A DNA stretch of 64,000 nt from Obrimoposthia wandeli (GCA_977020255.1 CDROCS010001089.1:434001-498000), one strand, 5' to 3'. Shown: positions 42,423-53,758, counted from the first letter of the stretch. Numbers and translations: made by a program. Notes: generated from the letters alone by a model not told the origin.

Positions 42423-43018
42423 GCGATACCTTAAATCGCTGTCACTGGGCAGTTGAAAATGCACTTGAAGCACAGTATCACGATAGCGAATGGGGTATTC
42501 CCTGCACTGATGATGCGGTTTTGTTTGAGTTTTTAATACTCGAGGCAGCTCAAGCTGGGCTAAGCTGGCGAACAGTGCTAGAAAAAAGAGCGGGTTATCA
42601 GCACTATTATAAAAACTTTGATGTTCAACAAGTGGCAAAGTTTGAACAAAGCTATATAGATACGATGCTGCAAGATCCTGCTATTGTACGCAACAAGCTC
42701 AAAGTACATTCATCTGTTAAAAACGCACAAATTTTCATACAGATTCAAGCAGAGTTTGGTTCTTTCGCCCGCTATTTGTGGGCGTTTGTAGATAATAAGC
42801 CTATTCAAAATAATGTTGTTGATTATAAAAGTACGCCGGTATCAACTGATATATCAAAAGCACTGTCTAAAGATCTAAAAAAGCGGGGGATGGGTTTTGT
42901 TGGGCCAACTATTATGTATGCTTATATGCAGGCAGTAGGGCTTGTGAATGACCATGAAGTTACTTGTCACTGTTATGAAAAAGCACTGCAACTTGGCAAA
43001 GATTTTCAAATAGATTGA
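42419..43018 (+). CDS. tag: DNA-3-methyladenine glycosylase I
   Basis: RCHW...YHDSEWG, LFEFLILEAAQAGLSW, FVGPTIMYAYMQAVGLVNDH. Confidence 0.96.
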   Translation: MSDTLNRCHWAVENALEAQYHDSEWGIPCTDDAVLFEFLILEAAQAGLSWRTVLEKRAGYQHYYKNFDVQQVAKFEQSYIDTMLQDPAIVRNKLKVHSSVKNAQIFIQIQAEFGSFARYLWAFVDNKPIQNNVVDYKSTPVSTDISKALSKDLKKRGMGFVGPTIMYAYMQAVGLVNDHEVTCHCYEKALQLGKDFQID

Positions 43019-43115
43019 AGCTGCTTTTTAATTTAGGGTGAGACATATATGCTCTCTCGGGCCATTTAATCACTTCAATTTATACGTTTGGCTGGTGGGA
43101 GTTAAACATAGTAAT

Positions 43116-43161
43116 AAAAATATCATCATGAACTCTTTTAAGGGCAGTCCATGATGATATT
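43116..43161 (-). terminator. Hairpin between convergent tag and EAL genes
   Basis: AATATCATCATG...CATGATGATATT 12-bp stem with an A-run on the left, which is a U-tract for the minus strand. Confidence 0.55.
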
Positions 43162-43251
43162 TCTAGCAAAACGGTTGGGAATGCTGGTTTGGCTAAGCTG
43201 AATAACAAATAAGTGGGGAAACAAGTGAACCTTCAGGTAATCAAAATCAAA

Positions 43252-45627
43252 CTAGCCAGAAGAATTTAAATACACGCTTTTAGCTAGGTTTGGTTGTGGT
43301 TTCTGATAATAATAACCTTGTACATTTTCACAGCCAAGTAATCGTAAATGCTCAGCTTGCGCTAACGTTTCTACACCTTCCGCAATTATTTCTAACTTTA
43401 ACGTTTTAGCGATCGAAATGATTGTTTCTACGATAGCTGAATCCTCAGGGTCCCCTAACATATCACGCACAAAGCTCTGATCAATTTTTAGCTTGTTGAC
43501 TGGTAACATTTTTAAATAAGCGAGCGAGGAATATCCGGTACCAAAGTCATCCAGAGCGACAGTAACCCCCATTTTTCGTAGTGTTTTAAGCCTAGCGATG
43601 GCCCAACCTTGATCTTGAATGACTAAGTCTTCAGTGATTTCTATAACTAAGCGCTGCGGTGCTAAGCCTGTTTTAGCCAAGACTCTTTGAATATGCAAAA
43701 TAATGGCATCGCTTTCTAATTGACATGGGCTCACATTAATGGCGATAGAGACATTGCTATCTTTGAATTGCGCCATCGCAGTACACGCTTTTTCAATCAC
43801 CCAAGCACCTACTTCTACTATTAATCCGCTAGCGACTAAAGGGGGAATGAAATGTGCAGGGGAAATTAAGGAGCCATCGCTTTTGCGCCAGCGTAACAAG
43901 CACTCTACTGACACTGTTTTTTGGCTTTCAAGTGCGATAATCGGTTGGTAAAATAGCTCAAATTCCTCTGTTTGAAAGGCATGGTATAGCTCGGTATTTA
44001 ACTGTAGTTTTTGATTTGCTTGTTGATCCATGTCTGCGTGGTAAAACACGACACGATCGCGTCCTTCTGCTTTGGCTTTGCACAAAGCCAAATCAGTGAA
44101 ACGTAATACTTCTTCAACTTCAATGGCCGTATCAATTTCTATAATAGAGCAGCCAATGCTGACTGAAATCTTAACACTAGAACCTGCAATATTAAGCGGC
44201 TGAAGGAATTGAGCACGAATATTTTGCGCTATATTTTCCATAGCATCTTTTTTGAAATTTGATCTTTCTATCAATAACAGATATTCATCGGCACTTAATC
44301 GACCCAGGTTATCATCGGTATTGATCAGCGATTGAATAATTTTCGCCGTCATTTTAATTAACAAATCACCGCTGGCTTGCCCTAAAGCATCATTCACCGT
44401 TTTAAAGTTATCGATATTGATAATCATAGTGGCAAACGTATGTTCTTGGGCTTCATTTTTGGTGAGAGCTTGGGAGATACGCTCACGCATTAATAAACGA
44501 TTAGGTAACCCGGTCAATTGATCATAGTGCATCAATTTATCCATCTGTATTTCTTGTTGCTTGCGCTCTCGTATATCGCGGCAGGTAGCTAACAAGTAAT
44601 GTTTATCTTCAATTTCAATCATTGACGCTGAAGTTTCGGTAGGAATTAAGTTGTTTTCTTGGGAGCGAAAGGTGATTTCTCTGATACACCAGCCAATACG
44701 TTGTACTTCTTCAATAAGGTCATCGATATTGTTCGTAATACTGTAGAGCGAATATAGTGGATGATCGAGTAATTGGTCTTTCGATAAACTCAATAATTCA
44801 CATGTTTTAGAATTGAAATCGACGATATTTTTGGTGGTAAAATCAACGATAATGATCGCATCGTGTGCTCCTTCAAAAATTTGACTTAACTTGTGACGCT
44901 GCTCTTCTGACTCAGTATACAACTGTGTCACTTTACGGCTCATTAAATCAATGGTCTGAGCGAGTTCATCCAGTTCATCAGGTGAGGATTTACCACGTTT
45001 CATTGCTTCGGATAAGTTACTTTTAGGCCAAAGCTTAACATCTTCGCTTTCACCAATACCTTGTACAAACTGACTGATTAAATTTAGGCGCCGAGAAATT
45101 AGGTGGAAAATCAGCAATAGAATAAAGAAAGAGACTAGGAAGGTTTTAATACCTTGGCCGATAAGGATAATGACAACTCTGTTTTGGAGTTGATCATAAA
45201 TATTATCTAAAGTGGCATGTACGCGAATTTCACCCAAGTGGTTCACGTTATTATTACGCATTAGTGTTAACGGTAGAGTTTGAGTAACAGTATTTTCAGA
45301 AATTTTTCGGTCAGAAAAGTAAACCTCAGTACCAAATTCATCAAAAATATTGACATACACAATATCGGCAAGGTTATATATCCCTTGAATCTGTGAGCGG
45401 ATACCTTCAATATTATATACCCAAATGTTTTCGCTTAAACTAGGTAAGTAGCTCACTTCAATCATTTTAAACTGTTTATCTAACGTGTTCACTTGAGTTT
45501 TATATTCAAGAAACACTTCCAGTGTAGTTAGGATTAAAGTGATAGTTGAGCTACATAACAAAATGAAAAGCAGTATTTTACGACCTAAGACTGTAAATTT
45601 AATTGTCTTTAATAATCTACTCACCAT
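43252..45627 (-). CDS. Membrane-bound PAS/GGDEF(degenerate)/EAL protein, probable c-di-GMP phosphodiesterase
   Basis: 2 TMs, PAS, HYDQLTGLPNR, SADEY in place of GGDEF; EAL domain with ECLLRW, INVS, EITE, DDFGTGYSSL, KIDQSF, EGVE. Confidence 0.92.
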   Translation of the reverse strand: MVSRLLKTIKFTVLGRKILLFILLCSSTITLILTTLEVFLEYKTQVNTLDKQFKMIEVSYLPSLSENIWVYNIEGIRSQIQGIYNLADIVYVNIFDEFGTEVYFSDRKISENTVTQTLPLTLMRNNNVNHLGEIRVHATLDNIYDQLQNRVVIILIGQGIKTFLVSFFILLLIFHLISRRLNLISQFVQGIGESEDVKLWPKSNLSEAMKRGKSSPDELDELAQTIDLMSRKVTQLYTESEEQRHKLSQIFEGAHDAIIIVDFTTKNIVDFNSKTCELLSLSKDQLLDHPLYSLYSITNNIDDLIEEVQRIGWCIREITFRSQENNLIPTETSASMIEIEDKHYLLATCRDIRERKQQEIQMDKLMHYDQLTGLPNRLLMRERISQALTKNEAQEHTFATMIINIDNFKTVNDALGQASGDLLIKMTAKIIQSLINTDDNLGRLSADEYLLLIERSNFKKDAMENIAQNIRAQFLQPLNIAGSSVKISVSIGCSIIEIDTAIEVEEVLRFTDLALCKAKAEGRDRVVFYHADMDQQANQKLQLNTELYHAFQTEEFELFYQPIIALESQKTVSVECLLRWRKSDGSLISPAHFIPPLVASGLIVEVGAWVIEKACTAMAQFKDSNVSIAINVSPCQLESDAIILHIQRVLAKTGLAPQRLVIEITEDLVIQDQGWAIARLKTLRKMGVTVALDDFGTGYSSLAYLKMLPVNKLKIDQSFVRDMLGDPEDSAIVETIISIAKTLKLEIIAEGVETLAQAEHLRLLGCENVQGYYYQKPQPNLAKSVYLNSSG

Positions 45628-45912
45628 AGTTTACCTTCTACTACACCAATTACGTTGATCGTATAAAGTTTAAATCATAAGACTTTGAAGCATTGAGCAA
45701 CACAAATCAAGCCTTTTAAAAGATCACTGAATAATTCATTTTAAAAACTAAAAAAGTTTAAAGCTTTGAAAATGAAAAGTATTGTACAGCTATAGCTAAA
45801 CAAGCGCGGGTTTCTTCTAGAGCTATAAAAGTACTAACTCCACTATAAATAACTGACTGCTTAATAAAATACAATTAACGCTTAAGTTCTTTGTTAACGG
45901 CATATTTTAAAA

Positions 45913-46494
45913 TTAATAAACTTTTATTGCTTCAAAGAAATGATTTCGACACATTGACTCATAACTATCATTGCCTCCGATAACAACCTGTTCCCCTTGG
46001 CTAACTGTTTGGCCATTGGCATCTTTTCTTACTATCATGGTGGCTTTACGTCCACAATGACAAACGGCTTTGAGCTCAGTGAGTTTATCTGCGATGTTTA
46101 ACAATCTTTGGCTGCCGGGAAATAACTCACCTTGAAAATCTGAACGAATACCATAACACAATACAGGGATATGCAATATATCAACTACTTTTGCTAATTG
46201 ATCTACTTGCTCTCTTGCAAGGAATTGGGCTTCGTCAACAAATATGCAGTGTAATTTATCACTTTTTAGATATAGCTTTATTTGGCTATATAAATCAGTT
46301 TTTTTCCCAAATATTTGTGCATCACTTTGCAAGCCAATTCGCGAAGCAATGACACCTTTTTTAACCCTTTCATCAACAGCGGCAGTGAACAGTAATACCG
46401 ACATGCCTTGTTCTGTGTAATTGTGTGAAGATTGCAATAAAGAAGTTGATTTACCGGCATTCATTGCTGAGTAGTAAAAATATAGTTGCGCCAT
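45913..46494 (-). CDS. tdk: Thymidine kinase
   Basis: MAQLYFYYSAMNAGKST, VDEAQF, CYGIRSDF, CHCGRKA; start reset to 46494. Confidence 0.96.
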   Translation of the reverse strand: MAQLYFYYSAMNAGKSTSLLQSSHNYTEQGMSVLLFTAAVDERVKKGVIASRIGLQSDAQIFGKKTDLYSQIKLYLKSDKLHCIFVDEAQFLAREQVDQLAKVVDILHIPVLCYGIRSDFQGELFPGSQRLLNIADKLTELKAVCHCGRKATMIVRKDANGQTVSQGEQVVIGGNDSYESMCRNHFFEAIKVY

Positions 46495-46850
46495 TTTAAC
46501 CTTTGAAATAATGAAAATATGCATCATAGCATGACTGGTTTAAATCAGATAAACCCCATGATTTAATGCAGATTGATAAATGGCGTAAATTTTGTGTCTC
46601 TTTGCTATTTTTTACAAAGCGGAAAATGGTGGCTCACTCAGGGCACAGTTCTTTTGTAATAAATAAATGGCACAATCTGTAAGTTTTAAGGAACTATCCA
46701 ATGCTTATTACGGCCTAATAGATGTAACAGGTAAATTGTAGCCTGCACAGTTACTATCCCTTTTGGATGAATAGTGACAGAGTATCAATCTATAATTTCA
46801 GCGCATGGCTTCTCTGAAGTAATCATTACTAGCAACAAATACTTCTCTGA

Positions 46851-47684
46851 GTGCCCTTAAAAGGAGTAAATTTGCAATTATTTCGCTATATAGGTAAAAA
46901 ACTCGCACATTTTTTGGCCAAGCCACAATCGAATGACGAGTTGTTTTCAACCAGTAATCCTAATTTACTTAAAAGAACTTTACGTAAAGGAGATATTCTG
47001 CTGATTGAAGGCACGAGCCGATTTAGTACGAGTGTAAAATTTTTTACTCAATCCACTTGGTCTCACGCTACGCTCTATATTGGTGATCACTTAGCTAGCA
47101 AATCAGATGAGGAGCTACTTTCTCTGTTGGAAGTTGATGTCGAAGAAGGTGTTAGAGTTGTGCCTTTAAGCATGTATCACAATCAGCACAGCCGAATATG
47201 TCGACCTATAGGATTATCTGAAAGTGAAATCAGTCAAGTGATTGAATTCGCAGTCGCAAGGATGGGTAATAGTTATGATTTAAAGAATATTTTCGATTTA
47301 GCGCGATATTTATTCCCCACGCCTCCTATTCCGGTTAAATGGCGCAGAAAAGCACTTTCTTTAGGCAGTGGAGACCCCACGAGAGCTATTTGTTCCTCAC
47401 TGATAGCACAAGCTTTCCAATCAATCAATTATCCTATATTGCCTGATGTAACTTATGAGAACCCAGACGATTGTGAGCGTATTCGAAACTATAAAACTTT
47501 ACATCGTCGCCGAGATCCAAGTCTATTTGCCCCTCGGGATTTCGATGTGTCGCCATATTTCGAAGTAATTAAACCCATTGTTCAAAACGGTTTTAATCAT
47601 CACCGCTTACGCTGGGAGGATAATGACAATACAGCTATTGAAAAGATCGATAAAGCCGATAAAGCTAAGGGGGAAATGAGCTAG
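46851..47684 (+). CDS. YiiX/YebB-like permuted NlpC/P60 (papain-like) protein
   Basis: LRKGDILL, WSHATLY (His), YDLKNIFDLARY, ICSSLIAQAF (Cys) in permuted order. Confidence 0.85.
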   Translation: MPLKGVNLQLFRYIGKKLAHFLAKPQSNDELFSTSNPNLLKRTLRKGDILLIEGTSRFSTSVKFFTQSTWSHATLYIGDHLASKSDEELLSLLEVDVEEGVRVVPLSMYHNQHSRICRPIGLSESEISQVIEFAVARMGNSYDLKNIFDLARYLFPTPPIPVKWRRKALSLGSGDPTRAICSSLIAQAFQSINYPILPDVTYENPDDCERIRNYKTLHRRRDPSLFAPRDFDVSPYFEVIKPIVQNGFNHHRLRWEDNDNTAIEKIDKADKAKGEMS

Positions 47685-48043
47685 AAAGCGCGCAATTACT
47701 TGCTTCAAACACCAATGAAATTGCAGTGGCGGATAATGCAGAGGATACTGTTTTAGAAGAAGCCCCTAAAAAGACACTTAGTTCTTGAGTAAAAAGTATC
47801 GACGCCAATCAGAAGAATGTAAAGCTTGCTCATGAGCGATATTTGTTATGGTGCTGGCAGGTTAAAGAAATACGAATTAATTTGTTACTATTTTAGAAAG
47901 CTATTGGGTGTAAGATTAACTTACTGTGAAGCATTCTGATTCAGCCGTATTTCCAGCTATGCATGTTAAGTAGTGTGTTATAGGCCTATAAATGTCTAAA
48001 ACCTGTCACAAATCTACTTTTTTATATTTCCTATCGATCAGAT

Positions 48044-48478
48044 TCAAGATTCTCCTAGGGTATTAATCCACTCATTCATCACCACGTGAGTTTTCATGTT
48101 TGATATATCACTATGATTTTCAACATACTCACGAATTTCATGTAAGCGTTGCATACTAGGCGCTTTAACAAATAATAATAAATCCATATTACCTGTAATA
48201 CTATGGCAGGTAACAATCTCGGGTATTTTCTTAAAGACTTCTAAAAATTCCGCACAGCAATTAGATGTGTAGTGTATTTCAATATAAGCACTTACAGCAG
48301 AGTCTTTAGGGTCACTTAATAGTACTTGATAACCGCGGATGATTTTTCTTTGCTCCATATTCTTAATTCTAGCGGTCACTGATGAGCGAGATAAATTTAC
48401 TTGCTGAGCTATGTTAGAAATACTTTGGCGGGCGTTGTATTTTAACGCTTGAATAATTGCCTGATCAAATTTGTCCAA
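48044..48478 (-). CDS. Lrp/AsnC family transcriptional regulator
   Basis: MDKFDQAIIQALKYNARQSISNIAQQVNLSRSSV HTH; divergent from the exporter. Confidence 0.95.
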   Translation of the reverse strand: MDKFDQAIIQALKYNARQSISNIAQQVNLSRSSVTARIKNMEQRKIIRGYQVLLSDPKDSAVSAYIEIHYTSNCCAEFLEVFKKIPEIVTCHSITGNMDLLLFVKAPSMQRLHEIREYVENHSDISNMKTHVVMNEWINTLGES

Positions 48479-48786
48479 TAGTTACACCTATAAACGAAAA
48501 CAAGAATAGTTGGTCGCTTCACAAAACTTAGCAACAAGTAAACTATCCAACCCATGGGTTGTTTTTTGGTAATGAAAATTTTACGTAAAGAAGCTAGCGT
48601 TAAAAATTATTTATGTATATTAAACTTAGCTCACCGTTAAAGGCGAATACGTATTTGAATCCTAATTGTTGATAAATCCGTCAGATTGTCAATAAAAGCC
48701 GTCATATTGAAGGCTTAGTCGCCTAGTTTGTCAACTAAAAATCTATATACTCGATATTCAATTTTAGAAATAAGGAGTAGCGCGAA

Positions 48787-50037
48787 ATGCAATCATCGAC
48801 AGGCACGATTGGCCGCTGGCAAGGCGCTGGGTTAATGGCGACAACCCTGTTGGGGACAGGTGTGTTTATCTTGCCTCAAATGACGATTAGTATCGCTGAT
48901 ACCGGTGCGCTATTTGCGTGGATACTATTAACACTGGCTATTATTCCTATTACCTTAGTGTTTGCTCGATTAGCGAGTCGTTTTCCTCATGCTGCAGGGC
49001 CTGCTTATTTTGTAGAGAAGGCATTTGGTGATATAGCCGGACGCTGTATTGGGCTTTCTTTTTTATTATTAATTCCTATGGGTGGTGCCGCGGCCATTTT
49101 AATCACATTTAAATTCTTTTATGTGTTAGTGCCGCTTACCGGTATTGCTGCATTATTTGTGCAGCTCTCTTTGATTGCTTTTTTGTTCGTAATCAACATT
49201 AAAGGTATTCATGTTTCTGCCAAGTTACAGTTTTTTTTAACACTCGCGATTGTCGCGATTGTCATTATGCTGCTTACGCTTTCAGGATTTAATAGCACGC
49301 CACAGAAACTTTCCGTTATTGTACAAAACTCAAGCTTAGAGACTGTTTTAGGTGCAGCTGGCATTGCCTTTTGGAGTTTTTTAGGCGTTGAAGCGATGAC
49401 GCATTTAGCTAATGACTTCCGTAATCCTAAGAGAGACTTAGTGCCTGCGATGATGATAGGTACGGTGTTAGTAGGGATTATTTATATTGCTTGCACTTAT
49501 TTGCTTATATCGATTCCGAATGACAGCTCACTAGCAATGGTAGATGTGTTTGATCAGCTCGTCGGTGGTTATGGTGCCCAAGTGATCGGTGTTTTAGGTG
49601 TAGCGAGCGGTCTTGCAGTGGTGAACGTATATTCAGCAGGCATATCGCGGCTGATTTGGAGCTTTAGCCGTGAACAGGTGTTACCTAAGTATTTTAGTAA
49701 ACTAAATCAACATCAAGTACCGGTGCGTGCGCTGGTGGCAAATTTAATAACGATGGCGGTGGCGATTATTTTCACCTATGCTGCTGATCAAGAGTTGGAG
49801 CAGTTAATTTCGTGGACCAATGGTGTGTTTGTTGTTATTTATGCAGCCACTATGTTTGCTGCAACTAAACTATTGAGTAAAAAATATATTCCATTGATTA
49901 TCTGCAGTTTGGCTTTTTGCGCCGCCGTTGCGATCTCTTTAGGCGCAAGTATGCTTTATGCAGCGGTTATTCTAATAATCTTAGTGCCGAGCTTACTTTG
50001 GCAAAAACGCTATTTAAGTCAAAAACTCGCCATTTGA
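48787..50037 (+). CDS. yjeH: L-methionine/branched-chain amino acid exporter YjeH-like (APC family)
   Basis: GRWQGAGLMATTLLGTGVFILP, FWSFLGVEAMTHLANDFRNPKRD. Confidence 0.85.
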   Translation: MQSSTGTIGRWQGAGLMATTLLGTGVFILPQMTISIADTGALFAWILLTLAIIPITLVFARLASRFPHAAGPAYFVEKAFGDIAGRCIGLSFLLLIPMGGAAAILITFKFFYVLVPLTGIAALFVQLSLIAFLFVINIKGIHVSAKLQFFLTLAIVAIVIMLLTLSGFNSTPQKLSVIVQNSSLETVLGAAGIAFWSFLGVEAMTHLANDFRNPKRDLVPAMMIGTVLVGIIYIACTYLLISIPNDSSLAMVDVFDQLVGGYGAQVIGVLGVASGLAVVNVYSAGISRLIWSFSREQVLPKYFSKLNQHQVPVRALVANLITMAVAIIFTYAADQELEQLISWTNGVFVVIYAATMFAATKLLSKKYIPLIICSLAFCAAVAISLGASMLYAAVILIILVPSLLWQKRYLSQKLAI

Positions 50038-50109
50038 TAAGGATAAGGCTAGAGATAAGTATTAAACTTAAAGTAAGTGATGCACAAATATCAGCATCAT
50101 ATGGGATAA

Positions 50110-50143
50110 AACGCTGATGCGAACAATTGCTCACATCAGCGTT
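50110..50143. terminator. Hairpin between convergent genes
   Basis: AACGCTGATG-N14-CATCAGCGTT. Confidence 0.5.
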
Positions 50144-50201
50144 AAAATAGGTGTTTCTTCTTAAATGGCGAATGAGTGGTGTGGTATTAATGACTAGAAA
50201 G

Positions 50202-50759
50202 CTAGGGCTGTACAGTTTCTACAGTTGCTTTAACTTGCACTTCCACACGATCAGAATTAGAAGTAATCAAAGTAAACTTATGTTTACTATCATCCGTGCG
50301 GTTAGTACGTATGAAACTGATGAAATGTTTTGGTCCCAATTCAGTTTGCTTTGTTTCATCTTGCACTTTTTCTAAGACAAAGGAGAGCGGGGTTCTTTCA
50401 AGTAATTCAGTAAATTGACGTTCAATCTCATTGATTTTCACGCTGTGAGTATAAACACTGCAAGTTGATGAGTTGTCGATAGAAACTAAGAAATTACCGA
50501 TTAGATTAGGAATAACCCAAACGCTGCCTTGTTTTTCTTCTAGAAATAAAACGGCTTTATTATCCATTAATTTAGGAACATTAGCTTCAGCGAACCGAGC
50601 TTTTAAAACGCTCATGTCTGCTGCATTGTTTAAACAGGTTTTTTGATAGAGTTGAGTAAAGTACTTTTCTGACTCGGCAGAAGTATCACCGTACACATTT
50701 TGTAGACCCAAAGTGCCTGCTACTAGCAATAAAGAGAGTGCGTACTTCGACATAGACAT
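50202..50759 (-). CDS. Exported hypothetical protein (resembles NMCC_0638-like family)
   Basis: Signal peptide; F..LY..TCL, W.I, VSID...CSV pattern; family call tentative. Confidence 0.55.
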   Translation of the reverse strand: MSMSKYALSLLLVAGTLGLQNVYGDTSAESEKYFTQLYQKTCLNNAADMSVLKARFAEANVPKLMDNKAVLFLEEKQGSVWVIPNLIGNFLVSIDNSSTCSVYTHSVKINEIERQFTELLERTPLSFVLEKVQDETKQTELGPKHFISFIRTNRTDDSKHKFTLITSNSDRVEVQVKATVETVQP

Positions 50760-51061
50760 AGAAAACCTCAGCAGTGACTGATTAAGTAATTTAAAGCTAA
50801 AATAAAAATATTACAGTCAAATAAAGTGACAGAGCGGCACATAAAAATGAATGCTTGGCATGCCGGCTGAACAAAAAGCGATTGTAAAACAGCTTTTAGA
50901 AATCGTTATTGCGTAATATTATCAGTATATAACATTCACTTAATAGAAACATCTTGATTAAACCAGTTCATACACCTCGTATGACAACGTATTCTTTGCG
51001 CCTAAGCTGTGAATCTAGGATAATGTAGAACAGTTTAAAGAGTTATTTTAAAGGTATAAAT

Positions 51062-51460
51062 ATGTCATCACTTCCCTTATCAAATAAAGAGCTCGACAGC
51101 TTTGATTCTCAACAGCGTTTTCAATATTTTTTGGAGCAGGCTGTGGCTGAAGCCCAAGTGTGGATCTTAACTGACGAGGAAGGTTTCGTCTTACTCAATT
51201 GTGAAGAAGAGTCATGTATCCCCGTTTGGCCAAGTGAGGAGAGCGCTTTATTGTGGGCCGTTGCAGGTTGGGAAAATTGCCAGCCAAAGGCAATAGCACT
51301 AAAAACATGGCAATTGCGCTGGACGCAAGGTTTAACAGAAGACCAGCTGTTGATTGTTGTTTTCCCAAGTACGCAAGAGGAAGGCTTAGTACTTGAGCCA
51401 GAAGAGCTAGATGCTGAACTGCGCCGTGAAATAAAAAAGCGTAATACCAAAAAGAAATAG
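51062..51460 (+). CDS. DUF2750 family protein
   Basis: QRFQYFLEQA...VWIL.DEEG...CIPVWPSEE.A..W...W pattern. Confidence 0.85.
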   Translation: MSSLPLSNKELDSFDSQQRFQYFLEQAVAEAQVWILTDEEGFVLLNCEEESCIPVWPSEESALLWAVAGWENCQPKAIALKTWQLRWTQGLTEDQLLIVVFPSTQEEGLVLEPEELDAELRREIKKRNTKKK

Positions 51461-51567
51461 CATTTAAGCCACTTCACTAAGCTCATCTAAGATAGCTTCA
51501 AAAAAATTTAGCGAAGTTACACACAGCGACACTCAGCATAGCCTCTGTGGATAATGCTGCACAATGA

Positions 51568-51607
51568 TTTATCAACAGTTATTCTGCTTAAAATAGCTGT
51601 TGATAAA
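51568..51607. terminator. Bidirectional terminator-like hairpin
   Basis: TTTATCAACAGTTATT-N8-AATAGCTGTTGATAAA between convergent genes. Confidence 0.6.
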
Positions 51608-51613
51608 AAGTTA

Positions 51614-52615
<1,002 letters not shown>

Positions 52616-53575
52616 CTATTTCTCAAAGTATTCGTAAGTGGCGGCAAAGCGTGACAATAAATAATTTCCTGCCGATACTTCTTCATATTTAGCGGGATTT
52701 TCTTCGCTATAACAGCCAGATAGCGTTTTGATACGCGTTTCAAAATTAGGCTCAACAAAAAAGGGCATACTATAGCGTTCAGCGCCGCTGGGGTTAACTA
52801 CTCTATGCGGCGTAGAGGTGTATCGATCGTTGCTCCACCTTGCCATCATATCGCCAATGTTGATCACAAAGCTATCATCAACAGGTGTAGCATCCAGCCA
52901 GTTTCCAGCTTTATCTTGTACTTGTAACCCGCCGATATCATCTTGATACAATATAGTGATGCAGCCGTAATCGGTATGTGCACCAGCACCTACTTGCTTG
53001 TCATCTACCTTTTGCTCAACAGCTGGGTAGTGAATAAAACGCAACACACTTAAAGGTTCTGTGAAACTACTGTCGAAATAATGCGGATCAAGTTTTAAAG
53101 CGATGGCTAGTGCCCGTAAAATTGTTTTACCTAACTCAATCATATCCCAGTAATGGGTTTCTACTAACGCTTGAAAACCTGCCATATCAGGGTATTGGTT
53201 AGTACCGTGTAACGGTTTTTTAGCCATCACATCAGGATGATCAACTGCTAAATTGCGGCCCATATCAAAGGTTTCTTTGAAATCAGCAGGTTTGGTTGGA
53301 TCTAATTGCTCAGTACCAATACTGCCGTATCCACGGTGATGTGTGGTTTGGGTGATATCAATTTTTAGCTTTTCATCTAAAGGCAACGCAAAAAACGATT
53401 GGTATAAGTTGTTTAGCTCAGCGATGCGCTCGTGACTAATACCGTGACCCGTCACATAAAAGAAACCACTTTCACGACACGCTGCATCAATAGCTTTAGC
53501 AACAGTTTGCCAATTTTCAGCATCAGTTGAATAAAGAGGGGAGATATCAATAATGGGAATATAAGATTGTTGCAT
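52616..53575 (-). CDS. 2-oxoglutarate/Fe(II) dioxygenase, isopenicillin N synthase-like
   Basis: IPIIDISPL, GFFYVTGHG, HTD...H facial triad (GAHTDYG, STPHRV), RYS motif; start reset to MQQSY (AGGAG RBS). Confidence 0.93.
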   Translation of the reverse strand: MQQSYIPIIDISPLYSTDAENWQTVAKAIDAACRESGFFYVTGHGISHERIAELNNLYQSFFALPLDEKLKIDITQTTHHRGYGSIGTEQLDPTKPADFKETFDMGRNLAVDHPDVMAKKPLHGTNQYPDMAGFQALVETHYWDMIELGKTILRALAIALKLDPHYFDSSFTEPLSVLRFIHYPAVEQKVDDKQVGAGAHTDYGCITILYQDDIGGLQVQDKAGNWLDATPVDDSFVINIGDMMARWSNDRYTSTPHRVVNPSGAERYSMPFFVEPNFETRIKTLSGCYSEENPAKYEEVSAGNYLLSRFAATYEYFEK

Positions 53576-53758
53576 AACACAACTCCTAAAAAGCAAGTTA
53601 AGAGTGAGCCATCATGATCATTTCATCATGGCCCAGTGTGTTATTTATAAGCAAACTTTAAGCAACTTAACCCAGTTAAGTGAAGATTAGGTTACCTAAT
53701 AGGGCCGCACCACAGCCCTAACCTTTCGGTTATGTGTTTTTGGTTACTTGCTTAGCTA

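Noticed and set aside
42018-42638. 206-aa minus-strand ORF
   Set aside because: Antisense to prlC, yheV and tag, with no recognisable motifs.
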